From NCBI GenBank assembly GCA_018610125.1, contig JAHEOI010000230.1:1-43743 (forward strand): a stretch of 43,743 nucleotides of DNA. Direction: 5' to 3'. Shown one piece after another: positions 34,875 through 43,741 of this stretch; position 1 is the stretch's first letter; every line of letters begins with the position of its first letter. The position numbers were made by a program, and so were the translations under genes. Source of the DNA: Verrucomicrobiota bacterium. Its GTDB lineage: Bacteria; Verrucomicrobiota; Verrucomicrobiia; Limisphaerales; JAHEOI01. Below the pieces are notes generated by a model. The model was given only the letters and a program-made list of their open reading frames with translations, did not search any database and had not been told where the DNA came from.

Positions 34875-34898
34875 CCTCGGGGACGACATCCCAAGGGG
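34875..34898. repeat. REP-C module (opposite orientation)
   Basis: CCTCGGGGACGACATCCCAAGGGG. Its reverse complement contains GGGATGTCGTCC, identical to 5964-5975. Confidence 0.6.
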
Positions 34899-34971
34899 CG
34901 GCTCAATGTAGTCCAAGGCTCGGCCCTACTGCGCACATTCTCCAATTTCCTGTGGCAAGGAATGCGTAATT

Positions 34972-36630
34972 TCAATTCGGCACGCTATTCGAGGGCGTTG
35001 GATGGACGGAGCTGTCGGTGATGACCAGGTAGCTTGGCTTCGGTGTGACAGGTAACCGAACCGTGTGGCTGTCGTCGATCGGTGCCGTTTGAGTATTCCC
35101 CATCAAGTCGACATGCCGGGCTTCGGCTTCGGGCGAGATTTGAACCGATCGAGCGTTATCGTCCGCGCCTTCTTTCTGGGTCCACGCCACCAAGACCCAG
35201 TCATCGTCTCCGTTGCCCGTGAAGACGCCATCACCTCGAAAAGCAAAGCCCCATCGCCCGTCACCCAGTTCCAGCTCGTGGGAAAATCGGCGCCCACGCA
35301 GCAACCGCGCGAGCTGATTGTAAGCGGGATAGCTCGGACGCGGGGTCCAATCCTTGTTGAGCATTTGAAATTTCGGCGCCGAGCGCATGAGATTGTACCA
35401 GTAATGCCCGATCGCGCCGCGGGCCCATGTGAAGGTCATCTTTTTGACCAATTGACGAGCGAGCTCCCATTCCCGAGCGAACGGACGGGCCGTTGCCGAC
35501 TCATTGAAAACAAGGGGTGTCTCTTCGTGGCCGAGCTCTTTCAGCCACGGCAGCAGCTTGTCGTCGACTTCATCCTGAAAGCCGGCAAAGTCGCCATGAC
35601 GATGCCATGCGATCCCATCAAAGCTATCCCGTCCCTCGGTTAAGGCTCGTTTCTGAAGCTCTCGATCCAGCTCACCGTGACTCATGGAAGTAAATCCGCC
35701 CGTGGTAACACGGATCTCGGGATTGGCTTCTTTGATTGCCTCATAGGCAGACCGCAGCAGTCCCAGGTATTGCTCGGCATTGCCTTTGAAAAAGCTGATA
35801 TCCGGCTCGTTCCAGATTTCATAATATTGCATTCGGGTGCCATAGCGCTCGGCAAGCTTGCCGGCGAATTCGGCCCACGGTTCCCGGCGTGGGGGGTATC
35901 GCCATATGTGGTTGAGATCATCCCGTTGCTTCGCCAAAGCTTTGGTCCCCTCGGAAACTGCCCACGGATTGCCGTAAGCGACGAGCGGCTGAATGAACAT
36001 CCCGAATTGTCGCGCCAACGCAACCATTTCATCCAGGCCTTTCCATTTCCAAGTATCCGGGCTTGGTTGGAGCACGTTCCATGACATGTCCGATCGATAT
36101 GCCTCGGCTCCGATGATCGCTGCCGCTCGGAGAAAACGCTCTTTGAAATAGCGTTCGTGATGCAGGCGAATCCCGCCGGCGATCCCAAATATGAAGTCAT
36201 CCTCCGGTGGCGGTACCGGTTGGATCTGGCGCGTGGTCCCGACCGGATCCATATGCGCAAAGCTCGTCCTGCCGGACCATTGCTTCCTCTCGCCGTGCCA
36301 TTGCCAATCGAGATACTTGATACCGAGGTTGGCGATCAGATCCGTTGAAAGATTGAGTCGGATCTCGGAGCCATCGGCGGCGTCGATGGTCTGCTCCTCG
36401 GGAAACCGGGCCTGCTCGTTGGACCGCTCCCGGATCCCGAAACGGAACGTGCCTCTGATACGGCGGCCCGTGTTGTTCCGGATTAAGAGTGTCGCCGCGT
36501 GCACTTGATCCGGAAGCACAATCGGCACCGGGTGGCTTGAGTCAACCTTCACCGTAAGCCCGTTTCCCCAAGCCGTAGTCGATCCGAGCAATGCGGCCAC
36601 GGCACAACAGGTCCCTACAAATCGTGTCAT
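34972..36630 (-). CDS. Secreted glycoside hydrolase, clan GH-A TIM barrel (GH39/GH5-like)
   Basis: I place the start at ATG 36630, giving MTRFVGTCCAVAALLGSTTAWG (signal peptide). ..SWNVLQPSPDTWKWKGLDEMV.. and the acid/base motif YYEIWNEPD. Confidence 0.75.
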   Translation of the reverse strand: MTRFVGTCCAVAALLGSTTAWGNGLTVKVDSSHPVPIVLPDQVHAATLLIRNNTGRRIRGTFRFGIRERSNEQARFPEEQTIDAADGSEIRLNLSTDLIANLGIKYLDWQWHGERKQWSGRTSFAHMDPVGTTRQIQPVPPPEDDFIFGIAGGIRLHHERYFKERFLRAAAIIGAEAYRSDMSWNVLQPSPDTWKWKGLDEMVALARQFGMFIQPLVAYGNPWAVSEGTKALAKQRDDLNHIWRYPPRREPWAEFAGKLAERYGTRMQYYEIWNEPDISFFKGNAEQYLGLLRSAYEAIKEANPEIRVTTGGFTSMSHGELDRELQKRALTEGRDSFDGIAWHRHGDFAGFQDEVDDKLLPWLKELGHEETPLVFNESATARPFAREWELARQLVKKMTFTWARGAIGHYWYNLMRSAPKFQMLNKDWTPRPSYPAYNQLARLLRGRRFSHELELGDGRWGFAFRGDGVFTGNGDDDWVLVAWTQKEGADDNARSVQISPEAEARHVDLMGNTQTAPIDDSHTVRLPVTPKPSYLVITDSSVHPTPSNSVPN

Positions 36631-36840
36631 CGCGTTAACTTGGTTTACGTGAGGAAATTTGACAAATTTAGCGAGGCGTTGCCTAGGACCATGCGAAGCA
36701 TGGGGGTAAGCGAGTGCTTTGGTCGCATTCAAGGGTGCCTGTCTATGCCTCGCTGATTTTCCGCTCCGCGGAAGGGAAAAGAAGAAATTTTCTTAACGCC
36801 TCGCCGCAGATTCCTTGAGACCGAAAACAATGGAAAGGGC

Positions 36841-36886
36841 AAAGGCAAAACTTGACTCAAATTCATCAAATTTTGGTGGTTCAAGG
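36841..36886 (+). repeat. Diverged partial copy of the right part of R105
   Basis: AAAGGCAAAACTTGACTCAAATTCATCAAATTTTGGTGGTTCAAGG compared with 43691-43741 GAAGGCATTCTAAAACTTGACTCATCCTCAACAAATTTCGGCTTTTCAAGG. Identity is about 80% outside a 5-nt gap, and the AAAACTTGACTCA core is identical. Confidence 0.6.
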
Positions 36887-36893
36887 AATCTAA

Positions 36894-37223
36894 CGAGGCA
36901 GAGGCTCATTGCGCCATGTGGAGCTTGGAGAGCTCCGACCGAGTGATCTGGACGCTTATTTCGAGCATATGGCTGCGCGTTGGAGCCGGAGCTCCCTGCA
37001 TACTTGCGCGAAAATACTCCGTGGCTGGCTGGCTCATTGTGAAAAACGTGCCTGGACACGAAAGGGATTGGCCAAAACCCTCATGCTGCCACGGTTGTAT
37101 CGACATGAGGGGCTGCCAGTCGGACCTACCTGTCTTGAGACACCAACCGCTATGCAGAGATCGATCTGAAGATGAAAGCGGCCGCTAAAGGTACTCCACT
37201 TCTAAAGGATCGTCGCCGATGAT
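36894..37223 (+). pseudogene. Tyrosine-recombinase (phage-integrase family) remnant: part of the N-terminal SAM-like domain joined to the extreme C-terminus, with the catalytic core deleted
   Basis: The frame opening after the TAA at 36891 reads ..ELRPSDLDAYFEHMAARWSRSSLHTCAKILRGWLAHCEKRAWTRKGLAKTLMLPRLYRHEGLPVGPT-CLET. After a 2-nt frame slip at 37144-37145 it reads NRYAEIDLKMKAAA.., which is the LETT-x-x-Y-A-x-x-D-L tail carrying the catalytic Tyr. About 250 codons (the R..HxxR..H region) are absent. Confidence 0.6.
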
Positions 37224-37390
37224 TTGATCCTTGATGCTGTGAATATGGTCAACGACGTCGGAACGGTTTTACGCTTCACCGATTCCAACGACACCGGCGT
37301 CGGTAAACACTTTTTGTCCGCTTGCCCCAGGCCTGTTACCTCCGCTATTATTCTCAAGACCGGTCTAGAAGAAAAGATAGTCCTTTACTT

Positions 37391-38707
37391 ATGAAAGCGC
37401 CCGGCCATTATCGCAGCGGTTTGACAATCGGATTAGGTATCGCCTTTTGGACCGCCCTCTTGAGTTGGGTGCTACTTGCCTCCCAGGGCGGCGAGCACTC
37501 AACCGGCCCGGACGCGATTTCTTCCAAGGTCACGAATTACCTGTTCGATTCCCAAAAACGGTTTAGGCTTCGAACGGACGACGCTTTCGTGTCAGCGAAT
37601 GATCCGGTCTTTTTTCGAACCGAGACAGGGGATTGGAAGCAGATCGGCCACATTGTCGGGACGGAATCCGATGGCGTATCGGCTACGGTCTCCTGGTATG
37701 GCGATAGGGAGCCACGTCAGTATCGTTTTCGTTACCACCGGAACAAAGGGACATTGGAGGACGCGTTGGCGACATTATTCCCACCAAGCAAACGAGCGAT
37801 CATCCACGACAAGATCGCCGATGCCACGCAAGCTTACCGGGAGGAATTGAGCAAAGCATTCGAGCCAGTGGTGCTAAGCCTTTTCGAAGAAAGCATTCCC
37901 GTCATCGTGAATGGCGTAAGCCAGGCACTTCAAACGCATCGGGATGCCTTCGCCAAGATCGCCGCACGCTATAAGACTCAAATCCTCGAAAACCGCCTCA
38001 TGCCGTTGGCTGAATCCGAGGTGCTGCCCTCGATCCGGCAACATGGCGGTCCCGTAGCGAAGAAGATCGGATACGAGCTGTGGGAGCGTGCCTCGTTATG
38101 GCGTTTTGGGTGGCGGATGGCGCACGATAAACTGCCATTGACAGGTCGCGATTTGGTCAAGGAGGAATGGGCTCGCTTTGTCCGCGAGGAAGCAGTGCCG
38201 GTATTTGAGAAGCACACCGACACCTTGTTACAAATGGTCCAACGGGTCGGGCAAGATGTGGCAAGCAACGATAGGGTGCGCCGCGAAATTGGCGAGGCCG
38301 TTCGGGAGATGCTTCAGGACGACGAATTCAAGCGGCTTATGGGGCGAATATTCAGCGAGGCGGTCGTGGAGAACGACCGACTGCATAAGGTGTGGCTCCA
38401 AAACTGGCATTCACGGCAAATGCAGGCGGCCTTGGAGCTGACAAGTAAGCGACTGGAGCCGCTGATTAGGGAAATCGCCGACGAAATCCTCGGTTCGCGT
38501 GAGTCGGGGATCACTCCCGAATTTGCCCGGGTGCTTCGTAATCAGGTTCTTGGAAAGGATCGTCGCTGGATCGTGGCCCGGCCAAGGGAAACTCCCTTGC
38601 CCAAAAGGTCGAGCCCGGTGCTCCATAAGGCGGAACGTTTCGGCGCGTATCCCTTGGTGCATCTTACCTCGCGATCGGGCTCGGACGTGCTTGAGGTGTT
38701 ACGTTGA
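37391..38707 (+). CDS. Single-pass membrane protein: N-terminal TM, small beta-rich (MCE-like?) module, long helical C-terminal region
   Basis: ATG at 37391 (MKAPGHYRSGLTIGLGIAFWTALLSWVLLA). The beta-rich stretch is KRFRLRTDDAFVSANDPVFFRTETGDWKQIGHIVGTESDGVSATVSWYG (nt 37556-37750). About 300 aa of predicted helix follow. Its stop overlaps the start of the next gene (TTGA). Confidence 0.7.
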   Translation: MKAPGHYRSGLTIGLGIAFWTALLSWVLLASQGGEHSTGPDAISSKVTNYLFDSQKRFRLRTDDAFVSANDPVFFRTETGDWKQIGHIVGTESDGVSATVSWYGDREPRQYRFRYHRNKGTLEDALATLFPPSKRAIIHDKIADATQAYREELSKAFEPVVLSLFEESIPVIVNGVSQALQTHRDAFAKIAARYKTQILENRLMPLAESEVLPSIRQHGGPVAKKIGYELWERASLWRFGWRMAHDKLPLTGRDLVKEEWARFVREEAVPVFEKHTDTLLQMVQRVGQDVASNDRVRREIGEAVREMLQDDEFKRLMGRIFSEAVVENDRLHKVWLQNWHSRQMQAALELTSKRLEPLIREIADEILGSRESGITPEFARVLRNQVLGKDRRWIVARPRETPLPKRSSPVLHKAERFGAYPLVHLTSRSGSDVLEVLR

Positions 38708-40362
38708 AAAGTACCGGGAATCATTACGCTGGCAATCAAGGGGAGTTTGATCCAAATTCCGAGGCTGGAGGTGCCGACCGACGTGCTGACGACATCAGGC
38801 TCGAGCGCTTACAGATTTCGATTCGCGGTCGTCCGATTCTGGATGCAAAAGAGCTGACGGTCTCGAGTGCCGCCATAACGGTCATCGTCGGTCCCAGTGG
38901 AACGGGTAAGTCGATCTTTCTCCGAACCCTTGCCGGCTTGATCCCGCGTAATGGCCCCGGCATTGAATGGACTGGCAGAATCGGGCATGCCGATGGGCGT
39001 CTCTTGAACCGAGTCGGGATTGTCTTCCAGGATTTCGCACTATTCGATGAATTGTCGCCGCTGGCCAATGTTCAGTTCGCGATCGATCATCGTCCAAATC
39101 GTCAAAGTCCCCCGGAACAATCTGCCGAGCAGTGGCTTGAGGAATTGCGTGTCCCTAAGACAACGCCTACCTCGGCACTAAGCGGAGGACAGAAGCAAAG
39201 ACTGGCGATCGCAAGGACGTTGGCTGCGGAGCCGAATGTGGTCTTGTATGATGAGCCGACTTCGGGACTCGATGCGGAAAACAGTCGGCGCGTGGCCGAT
39301 TTGATACGCCGCACACAACAATCCCATGGGGGCACCAGCATTGTGGTTGGTCACGATCATGAAACCTTGCTCCCGATTGCCGATTCGCTTCTCTTGTTTG
39401 ACTCCCAGCAACAATGCCTCGTTCCGGTCGATTGGGCATCACGATGGGAGGTCCCCGAGCGAATGCGCCTCATGGTTGCGGATCAGGCCGGGGCAAAGCG
39501 GACGGACGAGACCGAGCGCCGATCTTTCAAGGGGCGTTTCAGGGAAATGCTTTCCCGGGGGGGCGACTTCTTTGAGGAAACGGGCCGTGCGATTATGGCG
39601 GCGGCTCGGTTGCCGTGGGACGGTTTGCCGCGTTGGCCGCATGCAGTTTGGGGGCTTCGCTTTGTGGGGCATTATCTCAGGCTGGTGGCCGGGCCATCCG
39701 CCTGGATCTACCTCCTGCTGGCGGGGGTTATTACCGGCTTCACAGCAACCTATTTTACGTTCCTCTATTTACCCTTCTCGCTCTACACCAAGCCGTTGTT
39801 GATCGAGGACTTATTGGCGGCGATCGGGTTCGCGCTTTATCGGGTTCTCGTTCCGGTTCTCGCAACCGTTTTGATCGCCGCGCGATGTGGCGCAGCCGTG
39901 GCGGCTGATGTCAGCACCAAACGATACGGTTCTCAGGTCGATTCATTAAGCACATTGGGGGTCCGCCCGCAGGCGTATCTGCTATCGCCGATCTTGATCG
40001 CCTTTGTCCTGGGGACGCCGGTGCTTGAGTTGGCGTGCTTTCAGGCCGCTCGCGGCGTTAGCTTGGTAACATTTGTCGGTACACACCCGGATATGACACC
40101 GCAGTTTTGGGCTCTCCATTTTTCAAGCCGACTGGATCAAGCCGGCCAAATCCTACCTGTCGGGTTTGGGTGGGGATTACTGAAGTCGGTGGGCAGTGCC
40201 ATTGGCATGGCGGCAATTTCCTACCATCTTGGAATGCGACCAAAGCAGACGGCCCGCGATGTGAGCCAAGCTATCACCTCAACCGTGCTATGGACGACGC
40301 TGTTTGTGCTGTTGGTGCACGCCGTCGTGGCGTTGTTCGAATTCCGTGCCCCCATCCGTTAG
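38704..40362 (+). CDS. Fused ABC transporter: MlaF-type ATPase (N-terminal) + MlaE/YrbE-type permease (C-terminal)
   Basis: Walker A GPSGTGKS; Q-loop VFQDFALF; signature LSGGQKQRLAIARTLA; Walker B VLYDEPTSGLD; H-loop VVGHDHE. From about aa 280: ..YRVLVPVLATVLIAARCGAAVAADVSTKRYGSQVDSLSTLGVRPQAYLLSPILIAFVLGTPVL.. and ..LLKSVGSAIGMAAISYHLGM..VSQAITSTVLWTTLFVLLVHAV.., which are MlaE hallmarks. TTG start. Confidence 0.8.
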   Translation: MKSTGNHYAGNQGEFDPNSEAGGADRRADDIRLERLQISIRGRPILDAKELTVSSAAITVIVGPSGTGKSIFLRTLAGLIPRNGPGIEWTGRIGHADGRLLNRVGIVFQDFALFDELSPLANVQFAIDHRPNRQSPPEQSAEQWLEELRVPKTTPTSALSGGQKQRLAIARTLAAEPNVVLYDEPTSGLDAENSRRVADLIRRTQQSHGGTSIVVGHDHETLLPIADSLLLFDSQQQCLVPVDWASRWEVPERMRLMVADQAGAKRTDETERRSFKGRFREMLSRGGDFFEETGRAIMAAARLPWDGLPRWPHAVWGLRFVGHYLRLVAGPSAWIYLLLAGVITGFTATYFTFLYLPFSLYTKPLLIEDLLAAIGFALYRVLVPVLATVLIAARCGAAVAADVSTKRYGSQVDSLSTLGVRPQAYLLSPILIAFVLGTPVLELACFQAARGVSLVTFVGTHPDMTPQFWALHFSSRLDQAGQILPVGFGWGLLKSVGSAIGMAAISYHLGMRPKQTARDVSQAITSTVLWTTLFVLLVHAVVALFEFRAPIR

Positions 40363-40420
40363 GGTCTGTAAAGAAATAAGTGGCTCCAGCAAATGACACA
40401 CTTATTTCTTTACAGACCCT
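40361..40420. terminator. Perfect 22-bp-stem hairpin overlapping the stop codon of the fused ABC gene
   Basis: AGGGTCTGTAAAGAAATAAGTG (40361-40382), a 16-nt loop, then CACTTATTTCTTTACAGACCCT (40399-40420). The arms are exact reverse complements. It is AT-rich relative to its surroundings and has no U-tract. Confidence 0.45.
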
Positions 40421-40602
40421 AAGCTTCGCCCGTTGCCTCCATAGCGGAATAAGCATTGGCGGCAGGGATTGCGGGTGATATGCTCCCCTTCTGATAAACG
40501 GCAAGAAGGATTCAAGGCGAAGCATCCCTCTCGGCCCAAGGCAAACGGTATCCTATCCCAGGGTTGGGGCCGTAAGGTCTTACGGCGGTCTTTGGAGTAG
40601 CA

Positions 40603-41760
40603 ATGAACTGGACAGCAACGAAGATGAAACAATTGACGGCACTGATAGCCATTTGGTGCGGATTTGGGGTTCTCCATCCGATCCCTTCGGTGTCGGGAGA
40701 GACCGGGTTTTATCCGATCGGGGCTTATGGCGTCAGCTCGGTTGAGGACCTCCATTTTGCGAAGCGAATCGGGCTTAACACAGTCCGATGTGGGGCCGGA
40801 AAGGAGCTGTTGGATGCGGCTAAAGAGCTTGACCTCAAGGTGCTCGCGACTCCTGGAACAACCGCGGGAGAGGGGTTTTCGCGGGAAAAGGCCCTTCGGA
40901 CAGTCATTCGGTTCGACCATCATCAAGCGCTTTGGGCATGGTACCTGGTCGATGAGCCGAGCTTGAATCGGGTGTCGCCTCGCCATGTCAAAGAGGCCTA
41001 CGATTGGATGAAATACGCGGGTGCGGAAAAACCGATCTCGATCGTCATGTATCGTAGCGGTCGTGCCGATCGCTATGCCGACTCGACGGATATCTTGTTG
41101 GTGGACCGATACCCGATTCCCTGGATGCCGGTGGCCAACTTTGCCAAGCATATTAATAATGGGCGGTTGGTGGTTGGCAACGAAAAGCCGCTCATTCCGA
41201 TCATTCAAAGCTTTAACTGGGAGAATGCCGGCGCCGTCTTTGATCTCGATATCCCACTGCGGCCTCCGCGTTACGACGAGTTACGCTGCATGACGTATTG
41301 CTCCTTGGTGAAGGGGGCGAATGGACTCTTCTTCTACGCATTAAAACAAGGCGATTGGGATATACGCAATGATCCGGGGCCGTTGGCTTCGTTAAAAGCC
41401 GTGCTTCAAGAGGTGCGGGAACGCCTGCCTCTCTTTAAAGGTGAGCATCGGTGGTGGCCTCATTACGAGCGATTCGGCGGATCCGAGAATCGCTTCAACG
41501 AGGCGTTGAACGCGACAATCGCAAGTGCCTTGATTCATGTGGAAAGGGGGAATGACACGGTCCGGCCCGGGGACTACATCGTTGCCGTCAATACGACGAA
41601 AAAAGCGATTTCGTATTCCGTAACGGTTCCGAAAGGAAGTGCGCCAGTCATTCCGGTGTTGGGAGAAGAGCGAGCCGTAAAGACGGAAGAAGGGTGGCTC
41701 AAGGATCGCTTTGGTCGGTATGAGCTTCGGGTTTATGGGCCGTTAAACGGGACACGGTAA
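40603..41760 (+). CDS. Secreted protein, possibly a TIM-barrel glycoside-hydrolase-like enzyme
   Basis: Signal peptide MNWTATKMKQLTALIAIWCGFGVLHP. ..ALWAWYLVDEPSL.. looks like a GH-A acid/base motif, and ..IPIIQSFNWE.. is also present. The function is weakly supported. Confidence 0.6.
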   Translation: MNWTATKMKQLTALIAIWCGFGVLHPIPSVSGETGFYPIGAYGVSSVEDLHFAKRIGLNTVRCGAGKELLDAAKELDLKVLATPGTTAGEGFSREKALRTVIRFDHHQALWAWYLVDEPSLNRVSPRHVKEAYDWMKYAGAEKPISIVMYRSGRADRYADSTDILLVDRYPIPWMPVANFAKHINNGRLVVGNEKPLIPIIQSFNWENAGAVFDLDIPLRPPRYDELRCMTYCSLVKGANGLFFYALKQGDWDIRNDPGPLASLKAVLQEVRERLPLFKGEHRWWPHYERFGGSENRFNEALNATIASALIHVERGNDTVRPGDYIVAVNTTKKAISYSVTVPKGSAPVIPVLGEERAVKTEEGWLKDRFGRYELRVYGPLNGTR

Positions 41761-41917
41761 AAGGCGGGGAAGCAGCAAACCCGAAAGAACAAAAGCGGGA
41801 GGTGTGAAGAAGCTGGTGTTGCCCTTTGAATAAAAACCGATGCATCAGCGAGAAAGATTGAGCAATCAACCGTCGCCCCTTGCGCTGTAAGGGGGGATCG
41901 GGTTCAATGGGAAAGTC

Positions 41918-43618
41918 ATGGATCAGGATCAAGAGCTTGGCGGTACCGGGACAATCCGCCCAAAAAAGCCGCCTCAGAAACGGGCGGTGGCACGTGAAGA
42001 GTCGGGCGGCGGCTCAAGTCGAAGGCGGACTCCTTGGTTGTATGATCTTTTTGAGGGCATAACCGAAGGACTGCTCTATTTCATGGTCGTCTTCAGTCCC
42101 TGGGCCTTTGGAACAACCCAACCATGGTCGATTTGGGTGATGAACATCGCCGCTTACTTGATGGGAGGCATGCTGATCGCCAAGTGGATGGTTCGGTGGC
42201 AAATGGATTTCTCCCCGGCACGATGGGGCGTGAACGGCCACGAAAGCTTGGTGTTGGGACGGTGGACGGTATCTCAGGTGACAACATTTTTGACACGCGC
42301 GCTTGCTGTCTTGACTTGTCTCCTCCTTCTTTACTGCCTGGTCAGTGCTGTCAACGCTCGCGCGGTTTATCGCGAAGGCTTTAGCCGTTTCGAATATTTT
42401 GATGGCTCGATTGGCTGGCTGCCGCACAGCTACCACAGGGCCGGGACGTGGGCGGCCTTCTGGCAGTATTTCGGCTTGGCCTTGGCTTTTTGGGCGGTCC
42501 GGGATTGGCTGCTGGGAAAGACACGAACCGAACGGCGGTCGAGCGGGCGACGGGGAGAGGGCTCGCGGCGAGCCTCCGAAGCGGGGAGAAACGACAAGGA
42601 AAAGCCAGCATCGGAAGGCCGGAAATCGGAATTCGCCGAGCAAGCGCTCGATACGCGTCGGTTGAAGCTAGAGGTCTTTCCGGATCGCTTGAAGCGGCTG
42701 TTTTGGGTCCTTTGCGTCAATGGCGGCTTATTGGCACTTGTCGGCATTCTTCAGCGACTGGATAATTCGAACCGGCTTTTGTGGCTGATCGAGCCTTATT
42801 GGAATAAAACGCCGGTGTCCCAGTTTGGCCCTTATGCTTATCGGGCAAATGCGGCTCAATACTTTAATTTGTTGTGGCCACTCTGTTTAGGATTTTGGTG
42901 GTTTACTCGGGAAGAACGAAAACGTCATGTCCGGTTCGAGCGCGTCGGGCAGGGGCCGCAAGTGATATTGCTCCCGTTGTCGGTTTTAATGGCCGCTGCC
43001 CCCTTTATTACGACGAGCCGAGGCGGCGCCGGTGTCGCATTGGTTGGGATTGTCATCGCGGCGGCAATTCTTATCCTGGTACACAGGGGAAAGCGATGGG
43101 GGATCCAGATTGGAGTGCTCAGCCTCATGGCTGTAATCCTTGGCTTCGCCGGCTATTTCGGGTGGGGCTATTTTCAGGACCGGCTGCAACACCAGGGATT
43201 ACTCGAGACCAGCCGCTGGGAGATTTATCAAAATGCCCGTAAGATTGCTGAAGATTATCCGTTGTATGGCACCGGTCCCGGAACCTTCCCGGCAGTGTAT
43301 CACATGTACCGGAAAGATTCGAAGCAAGAGTGGCAAGCTTATGCCCACAATGACTGGCTGGAGACGCGGGTAACGTTTGGTTGGCTGGGTAGCGGGGTCA
43401 TTTTCCTGATGGCAGCCACTGTGGTTGCAAGCTACTTCCTGGGGAGTGGCATGACGCTGGCATTGCCATTTATTGGAATGATCGGCGTCGCCTTGGCCGG
43501 ATGCCTCGTCCATGCCCGGTTCGATTTCCCGTTTCAAATCCACTCCATCCTATTTATGTTCTTGTTGGAGTGCGCCATCCTCTTCTCCGCAGCATTTCCC
43601 GGGGGGCGGCGTGCTTAA
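41918..43618 (+). CDS. O-antigen ligase / polymerase family (Wzy_C) membrane protein with a basic cytoplasmic insert
   Basis: More than 10 TM helices. Wzy_C-type motif ..WQAYAHNDWLETRVTFGWLG... Highly charged insert KTRTERRSSGRRGEGSRRASEAGRNDKEKPASEGRKSEF (nt 42518-42667). Confidence 0.8.
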   Translation: MDQDQELGGTGTIRPKKPPQKRAVAREESGGGSSRRRTPWLYDLFEGITEGLLYFMVVFSPWAFGTTQPWSIWVMNIAAYLMGGMLIAKWMVRWQMDFSPARWGVNGHESLVLGRWTVSQVTTFLTRALAVLTCLLLLYCLVSAVNARAVYREGFSRFEYFDGSIGWLPHSYHRAGTWAAFWQYFGLALAFWAVRDWLLGKTRTERRSSGRRGEGSRRASEAGRNDKEKPASEGRKSEFAEQALDTRRLKLEVFPDRLKRLFWVLCVNGGLLALVGILQRLDNSNRLLWLIEPYWNKTPVSQFGPYAYRANAAQYFNLLWPLCLGFWWFTREERKRHVRFERVGQGPQVILLPLSVLMAAAPFITTSRGGAGVALVGIVIAAAILILVHRGKRWGIQIGVLSLMAVILGFAGYFGWGYFQDRLQHQGLLETSRWEIYQNARKIAEDYPLYGTGPGTFPAVYHMYRKDSKQEWQAYAHNDWLETRVTFGWLGSGVIFLMAATVVASYFLGSGMTLALPFIGMIGVALAGCLVHARFDFPFQIHSILFMFLLECAILFSAAFPGGRRA

Positions 43619-43636
43619 GCTGGATCAGGACGAACT

Positions 43637-43741
43637 ACCGCTGTTGCGGTAGGGACCGCACTCCGTTGCGGTCCGCGCCTTCGCCTCTGCGAAGGCATTC
43701 TAAAACTTGACTCATCCTCAACAAATTTCGGCTTTTCAAGG
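43637..43741. repeat. R105 repeat, copy 2
   Basis: Reverse complement of 14844-14948 with 3 mismatches. Hairpins GGACCGCA-CTCCGT-TGCGGTCC (43653-43674) and GCCTTCGC-CTCT-GCGAAGGC (43677-43696). It starts 19 nt after the stop of the ligase-like gene. Confidence 0.9.

Noticed and set aside
14844-43741. The 28.7-kb segment bounded by the inverted R105 copies as a composite transposon or genomic island.
   Set aside because: The interior holds housekeeping and typical core-like genes (folC, the DUF1553/DUF1501 pair, sugar oxidoreductases) and no transposase. Base composition looks uniform. The repeats are only 105 bp. I keep only the possibility of recombination-mediated inversion.
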